A stretch of 54,416 bases of DNA from positions 1 to 54,416 of the forward strand of contig JAGVPT010000219.1 in NCBI GenBank assembly GCA_020052095.1. The letters run 5' to 3'. Positions 44,557 through 53,054 of this stretch are shown piece by piece. The position numbers were made by a program, and so were the translations under genes. This stretch comes from Bacteroidota bacterium. GTDB lineage: Bacteria > Bacteroidota > Ignavibacteria > UBA10030 > UBA8401. The number at the start of each line of letters is the position of its first letter. Positions within the stretch are counted from its first letter, which is position 1. The notes beneath the pieces were generated by a model, which saw only the letters and a program-made list of their open reading frames with translations, made no database searches and was not told the DNA's origin.

Positions 44557-44862
44557 GCACCGAATAGAACATTTTTCCAGAATGCCCAAAGAAATTTGGG
44601 CATCTCTGTTTGCGGCGTGTTGACATTCCCAGTTGAATTTCCCATGTTCCCGTACACGCGTTTACCCCGGATGCAACGGGTGACCTGCCCCCACAGATAA
44701 TCCAATGAGGTATATTGGAAGCATTTAAAAGAGTAGTGGTCGAATGAGCAGCAAGAAGCGTCTTGCCGAAGTGCTTATCAAGAACCTGCAGAGGGCAAGG
44801 TGCCGCTGACCGTGAGAGAAGATCCCTCAGAGGCAGTTGTCAGCCCTTGAAGAAGTAAAAGC

Positions 44863-45795
44863 ATGAACCATCACCGCAGCGCTATGTCCAGGATATTATC
44901 TGCGTTCGTCATTACCACCCTTTTTCATTTATCCCTTCTCTCTTTCAACATTCCCAAGGGAGATGTGCGACAAGTGAGCGGGAATGGACTGAGTAAACAT
45001 GACTCGCTTGACGGACGCAAGATCCTCTTTGGGTATGCCAATGATGACTTTCTCCTTGAAACTCAGGTTAATAGTCTTCTTGGGACAAAACTTTTTCCTT
45101 CACGCGATGATCACATCTCCGGAACTCTTTTTCTTTTCGCACTCTTTTGTGAGAATGGGAAGTCGTATAGGGCTGATATCGTTTATCACACATTGACCGA
45201 CCGCGCAACGCTTTTTCGGGCTGATCTCCTCGCGCTTGGCGTCACACTTGAAAAAGAAGACCGCCCAATATTGTACGAATTGGGCCTTGGAGCTCATCTT
45301 CTGGGCAATCTCGGCGGAGAGTCTCTCCAAAATAACTTTCATAGAATCTTTGGATACAGAAAAGTATTTCTCAACTATGATAACAGTCTTCGGGGAGGGA
45401 TAAGACTTTCCGGCAGAGCAGAATATCTATTGCGATGCCTGAATGATCAGATCCAAGTGCTACCCTTTTCCTCCGTTCTCTATTCGACTAACTCATTGCT
45501 AAACTCGTTTTGCTTCGGTGTGTCTGACTATGTGCGAGTTGGCAACTTTCACTTCGATGGTACTGTCGGTTATGCTTCCCGATACAAGATTGCCCCTCCG
45601 CTCGAGCATATTTTTGGCAGTGCAATGTATTATGGGATCTTGGGAGAGACCAATCTCGGTGCAAACTGCAGTTTGGCCTGTTGGATCACGAAAGGCCAGT
45701 TCGGGCTAGAAAACGAATATCACTTTGGAATGAATATAGGATGGATAATGGGTGCTGTTCGTCCAACGAGATTGAAAGATGTAGCCTTTCCATAG
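44863..45795 (+). CDS. Hypothetical secreted/outer-membrane protein (weak LpxR/DUF2219-like pattern)
   Basis: 310-aa ORF with a hydrophobic N-terminus. It has an alternating beta-strand-like sequence, ends in an aromatic residue (DVAFP), and YANDDF ... DDHISGT loosely recalls the lipid A deacylase family N-terminus. Confidence 0.4.
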   Translation: MNHHRSAMSRILSAFVITTLFHLSLLSFNIPKGDVRQVSGNGLSKHDSLDGRKILFGYANDDFLLETQVNSLLGTKLFPSRDDHISGTLFLFALFCENGKSYRADIVYHTLTDRATLFRADLLALGVTLEKEDRPILYELGLGAHLLGNLGGESLQNNFHRIFGYRKVFLNYDNSLRGGIRLSGRAEYLLRCLNDQIQVLPFSSVLYSTNSLLNSFCFGVSDYVRVGNFHFDGTVGYASRYKIAPPLEHIFGSAMYYGILGETNLGANCSLACWITKGQFGLENEYHFGMNIGWIMGAVRPTRLKDVAFP

Positions 45796-46008
45796 GTCCC
45801 ATCGCTGACATTGACATTCCCCTCTGAATTTCGAATATTGCCGAGCAAACATTGACCCCAGCTCCAACGGGGACTCCTATGTGCGGCGAATAAATAGTGC
45901 AAGGAACTTAGAAGCCTCTGTTGGCGAAAGCCGGCAGAGGCTTCTTCATTGTAACCAGAGGGCCTCATCATCCCGGTCAAAGATGGAACTACTGCACTGA
46001 GGCGCAAA

Positions 46009-47139
46009 ATGAAGAACAAATGCATTTCCAAATTAGGGAGCAATGTTCTCCTCACCGTTATGCTTATCGAAGCTATCCTCAATGCTGGTTGTGAGAAAAG
46101 CACGGAACCGCAGAAGCCGCCGGACACAACAAAACCGGCCGCACTCTGTACTCTGTTATCAGTAGAGCAGAATGGACCAACGCTCAATCTTAGCTGCGGT
46201 AATTACACTCTTAAGAGAACAAACATCAAGTACGACGAGTACAATGAAATGAAGGCCTTCGATTTTATATATACATGTCCGGGCTCATCAGAGACATATT
46301 CCGGTAACATTTACGGCATCACTTGGTCCTGGATGATGGTTATTGCCTTCGATGCGATGATAAATGGAGAGTCCTGTCTTTATCCACCGGGCCGATTACC
46401 TGCTGTGGGTTGGGTAAGACAGTCCGCAGGAACATACAATTGCCTGCGTGCGGTATCGCTCGTCGGCGCCAATGTGGAGATCGTCGTAGGAACGCAGGGA
46501 ATAATACGGCGAACAACTGATGGTGGAGAAACTTGGACAAGTCAATTGAGTGGGACGACGAGTATTCTCGAAGAAGTGTGTTTTACCGACGCCAACACTG
46601 GAGTAGTTGTGGGATGGGGGGGGACCATACTCCGCACCACAGTTGGCGGGACAACTTGGTTGGGTCAATCAAGTGGGACTACAAATATTCTGTACAGTGT
46701 CTTTTTCACCGATGCCAACACAGGCACTGCGGTAGGCCAAGGTGGGAAAATACTCCGCACGACGAACGGCGGGGCAACATGGACGAATCAATCGAGTGGG
46801 ACAACGATATGGCTCGGGGCCGTTTGTTTCACGGACGCCAACACAGGCACTGTGGTGGGAGAGAATGGCACAATACTCCGCACGACGAACGGTGGGGCAG
46901 CATGGGCGAATCAATCGAGTGGAACGCCGCTATTCCTTAATGGCGTTTTTTTCGTGAATGCCAGCACCGGTGCTGTCGTAGGGACTGACGGTACAATACT
47001 CCGTACAACAGATGGCGGAACAACTTGGACTAGCCAGTCAAGTGGTATATGGGAACCTCTATCCGATGTTTGGTTCAGTGGTATTAACGCGGGTACGGCC
47101 GTGGGAAGCGGTGGAATTATTCTCCACAAGACGCAGTAG
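46009..47139 (+). CDS. BNR/Ycf48-like beta-propeller lipoprotein
   Basis: 376-aa ORF with lipobox LNAGC. Five consecutive ~41-aa repeats of ILRTT(N/D)GG(A/T)TW(T)NQSSGTT ... F(T)DANTGT(A/V)VG. Confidence 0.75.
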   Translation: MKNKCISKLGSNVLLTVMLIEAILNAGCEKSTEPQKPPDTTKPAALCTLLSVEQNGPTLNLSCGNYTLKRTNIKYDEYNEMKAFDFIYTCPGSSETYSGNIYGITWSWMMVIAFDAMINGESCLYPPGRLPAVGWVRQSAGTYNCLRAVSLVGANVEIVVGTQGIIRRTTDGGETWTSQLSGTTSILEEVCFTDANTGVVVGWGGTILRTTVGGTTWLGQSSGTTNILYSVFFTDANTGTAVGQGGKILRTTNGGATWTNQSSGTTIWLGAVCFTDANTGTVVGENGTILRTTNGGAAWANQSSGTPLFLNGVFFVNASTGAVVGTDGTILRTTDGGTTWTSQSSGIWEPLSDVWFSGINAGTAVGSGGIILHKTQ

Positions 47140-47441
47140 ACGTAGATTGGGAGTGTTCCAGAGAGTGCATCAAAGGGTACGACGTGGCCTGGCGTTATTG
47201 TCACGCCATACATGTCCAGTGGTGCCTCCGCCGGAAGGCTGCTTCGCGCAGCGGGTATCCCAGTGTATGGTATCTCAGGAATGTTTACGGACATGGATGA
47301 GGTTCGCCCCCACGGGAAAGATGAACGCCTTTGTCTGAAGGAATTCTACAAGGGGGTCGAGTTCACTTATAGATTCATTAATGCTCTGATTTCCGGTTCA
47401 TAAACACTCGAGCTTATGACATCTGTTGATGTAACAAATCG

Positions 47442-47523
47442 GGTAGAATAATGGCGGGCATTTGGCACAATCAGACATGTCCGTCATTGTCTTTCAACCT
47501 GGAATGAAGGAACAACAGGGTTC
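47442..47523 (+). ncRNA. Conserved ~85-nt noncoding element, copy 1 (candidate small RNA; family unknown)
   Basis: Collinear with 52748-52836: GGTAGA..AATA(A)TGGCGGRCATTYGGYACAWTCAGRMATGTCCGTCWTTGTCTTTCA..GGAAT.AAGGAAC.ACAGGGTTC. An upstream conserved CTGTTGAKG box precedes both copies. Confidence 0.4.
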
Positions 47524-47555
47524 TGCAAGTCCCCCGTTCGCCCCGCAAGTTTGAT

Positions 47556-47799
47556 GAAGTCGTCCCGACCAGTCGGGAAGTCTCGTCGGCCCCGCTAGTT
47601 TGATGAAGTCGTCCCGACTAGTCGGGAAGTCTCGTTTATCCGCCATCTTTTTGGCGGATCAGCCCCACAAGCATTAAGAAGAAGCCGTCCATTTGGGATG
47701 GCTTCGCTTTTTTATGGGAGCTGATCGTGCGGGAAGTCGTCCCGACCTATGATCGGGAAGTCTCGTTTACCCGCCATCTTATTGGCGGGTCGGCCCCGC
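47556..47799 (+). repeat. Cluster of three tRNA-Asp-3'-derived hairpin repeats (copies 1-3)
   Basis: Copies at 47556-47595, 47605-47668 and 47733-47799. The core is GAAGTCG-[TCCCGAC..GTCGGGA hairpin]-AGTCTCG-([CCGCCA..TGGCGG hairpin])-TCGGCCCCGC. Removing the hairpins leaves the tRNA-Asp 3' sequence GAAGTCG..AGTCTCGTCGGCCCCGC. Confidence 0.85.
47681..47714 (+). terminator. Rho-independent terminator inside the repeat cluster
   Basis: GAAGCCGTCC, loop ATTTG, then GGATGGCTTC, followed by GCTTTTTTA. Confidence 0.65.
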
Positions 47800-47990
47800 A
47801 AAAACAAATCAATCTCGCCATTGTTCCCTCCCGCAAGATCACCAAGACCAGCCTTTTTTAAAATAATTTTTAGCAGACTGTTAGCAATCTGTGCTGGGCA
47901 GATCCCACGGTTGTAGTATCAACAAACCTCAGACGAGATTTGATAATTTCATTCGGAGCTCCGGTACCCGGTCTTAAGGTGAATGAACCC

Positions 47991-49136
47991 CTACTTCCCG
48001 GCATCAACGAATAGGGTCAAATACTCGTGGAACGTAAACATCCTGTTTCGCTTTCCGCCAGTCGTCTCTTTCAGGACCCCAAGCTTAACGAAGTCCCGGA
48101 TGAACACGTTTGCGGTCGCAGGGGTTACATTCAACATCACTCCAACGTCGGCGGCGGTGACCCGTGGCGACTTATACAAATGAGTAATTAATTGCTGCGC
48201 CCGTGGAAATTTCGATCCCAGTGTGATTAAACGGTGTGACTCGATATCTTCTCTCAGCGCAAGGATACTCTTAAACGTTGCGATTCCTTGCTTTGATGTC
48301 TCTGTTACGGCAACGAGAAAAAATCTGATCCACTGCAACAGGTCATTGGCAGTTCTTGCTCTTGTGAGATTGTCGTAGTACACGGACTTATGTTTTTCAA
48401 AGTAGGACGAAAGATACAATATGGGCTTCGACAGGATGTTGTTACTAACAAGGTATAACGTGATTAGAAGCCGGCCAAGCCTTCCGTTTCCATCGAGGAA
48501 CGGATGGATAGCTTCAAACTGGTAATGCGCGATCGCAATCCTTATTAGATCGGGCAACTGGATCTTATCGTTGTGGAGGAAGTTCTCCAGGTCACTCATG
48601 AGTCCGGAGACTTCGGTGTGCTGAGGGGGGATGAAAACGGCGTCCTTGATCGTTGCTCCTCCGATCCAGCTTTGGCTTTTCCTGTATTCACCGGGCAATT
48701 TTGCCTTTCCACGTACACCGCTCATCAGGATCTGATGGGTTTCGTTTAGAAGCCGGGTAGAGATGGGGACATCCTTGAGCCTTTTGATAGCATGGTTCAT
48801 CGCCCTGATGTAGTTCTGAACCTCTTGCCAGTCGTCTCTCTTCTCAACACCGACATCCGCTTTCTTCATTACCACCTCTTCCATCTCTGTTCTTGTTCCT
48901 TCAATCCGGCTTGAGGTGGTTGCCTCCTTTACCACATGCATGCGAATGAAAATGTCGATATCCGGAACGTGCGAGGAGAACGCATTGAGTTCTCCCAGTT
49001 TGAGATTTGCTTCGGCGAGAAGGGAATTGACCATCGTATCCGACCAGGTCCACTCGGTATTGATTTTGGTTGGAGTGAAACTCTTGTACTGGTATTGTTG
49101 GGTATATGTGCCCGCTTTGAAGTTCTCGAGAGTCAC
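47991..49136 (-). CDS. Fic family protein (class II auto-inhibited AMPylase-type) with a C-terminal winged-helix domain
   Basis: 381-aa ORF. Fic motif HPFLDGNGRLGR. N-terminal inhibitory motif SSRIEG ((S/T)xxxE(G/N)). C-terminal wHTH-like LITHLYKSPRVTAADVGVMLNVTPATANVFIRDFVKLGVL. Confidence 0.85.
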   Translation of the reverse strand: MTLENFKAGTYTQQYQYKSFTPTKINTEWTWSDTMVNSLLAEANLKLGELNAFSSHVPDIDIFIRMHVVKEATTSSRIEGTRTEMEEVVMKKADVGVEKRDDWQEVQNYIRAMNHAIKRLKDVPISTRLLNETHQILMSGVRGKAKLPGEYRKSQSWIGGATIKDAVFIPPQHTEVSGLMSDLENFLHNDKIQLPDLIRIAIAHYQFEAIHPFLDGNGRLGRLLITLYLVSNNILSKPILYLSSYFEKHKSVYYDNLTRARTANDLLQWIRFFLVAVTETSKQGIATFKSILALREDIESHRLITLGSKFPRAQQLITHLYKSPRVTAADVGVMLNVTPATANVFIRDFVKLGVLKETTGGKRNRMFTFHEYLTLFVDAGK

Positions 49137-49152
49137 GTGTGTGTTATCCTGA

Positions 49153-49219
49153 CTAAAATATGGATTTCCTTATTTTAGGTAATGAGCATAAACTAAAATA
49201 AGAATTTTCTTGTTTTAGT
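49153..49219. promoter_or_regulatory. Two AT-rich inverted repeats just upstream of the Fic start codon (candidate operators)
   Basis: CTAAAATA (49153-49160) / TATTTTAG (49171-49178). ACTAAAATAAGAA (49192-49204) / TTCTTGTTTTAGT (49207-49219). Both share the CTAAAA core. Confidence 0.45.
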
Positions 49220-49482
49220 CAAGCAAAAAGTAGGAAATAGGAGATGATTCTGGCAAGCGTCGCAGATTCAGTCGCGCAGTGAGTAAGAGATGTTCGACAT
49301 GTAACAAATATGACAAATAATGCATATATGACATCGGAAACGGTCGTTCGAATTACAAATCAGGGAAATCCCAGTTCTAGCCATTGTGAAAATCCTACCT
49401 TGTTGGCAGATTAGTTAGCACCCTTCCAATTAATGCACCCAACCTCCCGAATATGAGACGATACACCTGCGTGGCGACGCAG

Positions 49483-49540
49483 GAAGTCGTCCCGATCTAT
49501 GATCGGGAAGTCTCGGGTGCCCGCCATCTTTTTGGCGGGG
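49483..49540 (+). repeat. tRNA-Asp-derived hairpin repeat, copy 4 (a degenerate anticodon arm lies just upstream)
   Basis: CCTGCGTGGCGACGCAGGAAGTCG-TCCCGATCTATGATCGGGA-AGTCTCG-GGTGCCCGCCATCTTTTTGGCGGGG. The 13-nt ACGCAGGAAGTCG is identical to the tRNA. Confidence 0.85.
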
Positions 49541-49828
49541 AAAGAACATCCCCAGACTTCTTTATCGAATAGAATGCCTAAAGAAATTTGGGCATTTCTA
49601 TATTTGGCGTGATCGGGGCACTGCTTGATTCAGAAGTCGTGTTGACATTCCCTGAAACTAATCCCACATCTGCACAGACACATTGACCCAGCTAATCTCT
49701 ACAGCGATAATCTCTGCAGCGATTCATAAGTTGTTGCCTTCCAGTTTCCAATTTCCTACCTTGCTGATCAAAATCGCATAACAACAAGGAAAAGTTCTGA
49801 TTCCAACTTCACCCAAAGGAGGTGTCTT

Positions 49829-52654
49829 ATGAAGAACCGTTCGCTTCTCATGGTTTGTTTCTCAATTCTTCTGACGCTAATAACGATAAGTGAATCGGGA
49901 GCTCAGGAAAGGCGATTCAATCTCTCTGAAATGTTAGGCCCTGACACTGCTATCACAATCGGTTCACTCGATAATGGTCTCACCTTCTATATTAAAGAGA
50001 ATAAGAAGCCGGAGAAGCGTGCTGAACTGCGGCTGGTGGTGAACGCCGGTTCGGTGCTGGAGGACGATGATCAGCAGGGATTGGCCCACTTTGTTGAACA
50101 TATGGCTTTCAACGGCACAAAGAGTTTTCCCAAACAGGAGATCATCGACTTTCTCGAAAAGTATGGCGTCCGCTTCGGACCGCATCTGAACGCGTACACC
50201 AGCTTCGATCAAACGGTCTATATGCTGCAAGTGCCCACAGATTCACCCATGGTTGTGCAAAAGGGTTTCAAAATCCTTCAGGAATGGGCTAACGCCATAT
50301 CTTTTAACGAGAAGGAAATTGATAAGGAGCGGGGGGTTCTGGTTGAAGAGTGGAGACTTGGTCAGGGTGCCTATGAACGTATATCCAACAAACACTATCC
50401 GGTCATATTTCATCAATCTCAATATGCAAAACGCCTCCCGATTGGGAAAAAAGAAGTGCTCGATACTTCCTCATATGAATCGATTCGCCGTTTCTATCGC
50501 CAATGGTATCGGCCGAATCTGATGGCGGTTGTCGCCGTCGGCGATTTTAACAAATCCGAGATCGAGAAATTGATCAGGGACGATTTTACTGCACTAAGAA
50601 ATCCGGACTCAACAAGAGCACGTCCGAAATACACTTTGCCAGACCATCAGGTCTCTCTCGCCTCTGTCGCAACTGATCCTGAAATGAATTTTTCAACTGT
50701 TCAGGTTCTCTTTAAACGTAATCTTGAAGAACAAAAAAGTGTGGCTGCGCACCGCCGCTACCTCCTCAATCAAATTTATGACGGAATGCTCAACGCGCGA
50801 TTGACGGAACGCATGCGCCAATCAGACCCACCCTACGTTTTTGCCTACAGCGGAAACAACCGTTTTGTCGGTGAAAAAGAGGCGTATGTGCTCTATGTCG
50901 GCGTGAAGGATAAAGAGATTGCCAGGGGACTTGAAGCTATTCTCACCGAAGCATTCAAAGTAAAACAGCACGGATTCACTGCGACCGAATTGGAACGACA
51001 AAAGAAAGAGATTCTTCGAAACATTGAGCAGGCGTACCGGGAGCGGGACAAGACCGAATCACGTTCCTCCGCGGATGAATTTATTCGGAATTTTCTGCAA
51101 GATGAAGCGATCCCGGGGGTTGCTGTCGAACGAGATCTGTCCAACTACTTTGTTCCGAATGTTACACTTGCCGAAATCAACAGCCTGGCAGCTATCCGAT
51201 TAAACGATGGTAATCGTGTCGTGACCGTTTCCTCACCAAAGAAGGATGGGTTTGTTCCTCCGACAGAAAATGAAGTACTCAAAATATTGGAGGAAGCAAG
51301 TACCAAAAAAGTTGAGGCATACGTGGACAACATCATCACGAAACCTTTGATCGAGAAAAAACCGAAACCCGGCACGGTTGCCAAGACAAAAGAGATCAAG
51401 GAATATTCAATTACAGAATGGACACTTTCGAATGGGGCACGGGTCATTCTTAAGCCTACTGATTTCAAAAATGATGAAATCGTGTTTTCTGCCTATAGCC
51501 GGGGAGGAACATCATTGGCTTCAGACAAGGATTTTATCTCGGCAGCGAATGCAGCCGCAACAATCTCTGAAGGAGGCGTAGGGGAATTTGATGCCACAAC
51601 GCTGAGGAAGCTGCTTGCCGGAAAGATTGTGAGTGTCAACCCGGGTATTAGTGAATTAAGCGAGAACTTCTCAGGAAGCGCCTCTCCAGAAGATCTTGAA
51701 ACGCTTTTCCAGCTTGTTCACCTCTATTTTACCTCGCCGCGTAAAGATACTGCAGCCACACAAGCGTATCTTGCGAGACAAAAGGCGTTTGTCGAAAACA
51801 ACAGGCTGAGTCCGGAATCTGCATTCCGGGATACGTTCTATGTCACGACGTCACAGTACCACTTCCGTTCGCGGCCAATGACGGTGAAAATTCTTGATGA
51901 ATACAACTTTGATCGCGCTATCGCGTTTTATAAAGACCGGTACGCTGATGCAAGTGATTTCATCTTTTTCTTCATTGGAAATTTCGATCTTGTAAAAATG
52001 AAGCCGTTTGTAGAACAATATCTTGCCAGCCTGCCAAATCTGAAACGAAAAGAGTCCTGGCGAGATGTGAATCGTATTTCACCAAAGGGCGTGATTGAAA
52101 AGGAAGTTCGAAAGGGAATAGATCCAAAGAGCTATGTGTTGATGTCCTTTACCGGATCCTTTGAATGGAACCTCCAGAATCTATTTGATTTTCAGGCTAT
52201 GACCGAAGTGTTGGACATCAAATTAAGAGAAGTAATTCGAGAAGATAAGAGCGGTACGTATGGAGTTGATGTCAGCGGTTCGCCGTCATTCTTCCCGCGC
52301 AAGGAATATTCGATCACTATATGGTTCGGATGTGCACCGGAGCGGGTCAAAGAGTTGACCCAGGCTGTGTTGCAACAGATCGATTCGATCAAGCTGAAGC
52401 AACCCGAACAGATCTACATGGATAAAGTCAAGGAGATGACCAGAAGGGAACTGCAAGTTAATAAAAGAGAAAACCGTTGGTGGTTATCAACCCTGAGAAG
52501 GTTCTATGCAAATGGAGAAGATTTACCGCCATTGTCTCAGGTTGAAAAGATGATTGAGAATCTTTCCGGAACAGCCATCCAGACGGCAGTCTCACGCTAT
52601 TTCAATATGAAAAACTATGTCCGTGTAGTTCTTTTCCCGGAAAAAAAGGAATAA
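49829..52654 (+). CDS. M16 (pitrilysin/insulinase) family zinc peptidase, two-halves-in-one polypeptide
   Basis: 941-aa ORF with a signal peptide. It carries the inverted zinc motif HxxEH (GLAHFVEHMAFNGT). Confidence 0.85.
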   Translation: MKNRSLLMVCFSILLTLITISESGAQERRFNLSEMLGPDTAITIGSLDNGLTFYIKENKKPEKRAELRLVVNAGSVLEDDDQQGLAHFVEHMAFNGTKSFPKQEIIDFLEKYGVRFGPHLNAYTSFDQTVYMLQVPTDSPMVVQKGFKILQEWANAISFNEKEIDKERGVLVEEWRLGQGAYERISNKHYPVIFHQSQYAKRLPIGKKEVLDTSSYESIRRFYRQWYRPNLMAVVAVGDFNKSEIEKLIRDDFTALRNPDSTRARPKYTLPDHQVSLASVATDPEMNFSTVQVLFKRNLEEQKSVAAHRRYLLNQIYDGMLNARLTERMRQSDPPYVFAYSGNNRFVGEKEAYVLYVGVKDKEIARGLEAILTEAFKVKQHGFTATELERQKKEILRNIEQAYRERDKTESRSSADEFIRNFLQDEAIPGVAVERDLSNYFVPNVTLAEINSLAAIRLNDGNRVVTVSSPKKDGFVPPTENEVLKILEEASTKKVEAYVDNIITKPLIEKKPKPGTVAKTKEIKEYSITEWTLSNGARVILKPTDFKNDEIVFSAYSRGGTSLASDKDFISAANAAATISEGGVGEFDATTLRKLLAGKIVSVNPGISELSENFSGSASPEDLETLFQLVHLYFTSPRKDTAATQAYLARQKAFVENNRLSPESAFRDTFYVTTSQYHFRSRPMTVKILDEYNFDRAIAFYKDRYADASDFIFFFIGNFDLVKMKPFVEQYLASLPNLKRKESWRDVNRISPKGVIEKEVRKGIDPKSYVLMSFTGSFEWNLQNLFDFQAMTEVLDIKLREVIREDKSGTYGVDVSGSPSFFPRKEYSITIWFGCAPERVKELTQAVLQQIDSIKLKQPEQIYMDKVKEMTRRELQVNKRENRWWLSTLRRFYANGEDLPPLSQVEKMIENLSGTAIQTAVSRYFNMKNYVRVVLFPEKKE

Positions 52655-52747
52655 GCTATTATTCTTTGACCGGTAAAATTTCTTATTGAACCCGGCGGTA
52701 AGCATTTCGATTGCTGGCAAGTGGCATGTATCTCATGCTGTTGAGGT

Positions 52748-52836
52748 GGTAGATGATAGGAATATGGCGGACATTCGGTACATTCAGGAATGTCCGTCTT
52801 TGTCTTTCACCGTGGAATCAAGGAACGACAGGGTTC
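52748..52836 (+). ncRNA. Conserved ~85-nt noncoding element, copy 2
   Basis: See copy 1. Perfect 8-bp stem GGACATTC/GAATGTCC here. In copy 1 the corresponding stem carries an A-to-G change on the 5' arm that keeps pairing as G-U. Confidence 0.4.
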
Positions 52837-53054
52837 GCTGAGACCAGTGCTGCGTCTCTGCGTTGATGATGTTCTTCAGGATGCGGAAGCCCAAAAAGCC
52901 AAGTGCTATCAAAAGTGTTTATCGTTAAGTTGATTCACAACTCACAGTTTTTATCACCGAGGCGAGTGGTTACCAGTTCGGTTACTGCGAGATGTTTTCT
53001 TACAGTATTTGTTTTCCGAAGACTCTGAATCAGACGAAAATTAAGGACTAGGAT

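Noticed and set aside
47442-47523. The ~85-nt conserved element might be an SRP (4.5S) RNA or a class II tRNA. TGTCTTTCA..GGAAT.AAGGAAC.ACAGG vaguely recalls the SRP domain IV GGAAGGAAGCAGC, and GCGGG/CCCGC could be an acceptor-like stem.
   Set aside because: It has no GNAR tetraloop helix with the conserved symmetric loop, and no D-arm or T-arm consensus. Two diverged copies next to pseudo-tRNA debris argue against an essential single-copy RNA. I kept it as an unknown element instead.
47556-47799. The clustered hairpin repeats might be a small CRISPR array.
   Set aside because: Repeat lengths (40-67 nt) and spacings (9 and 64 nt) are irregular. The repeats are tRNA-derived and internally different, and no cas genes are in the window.
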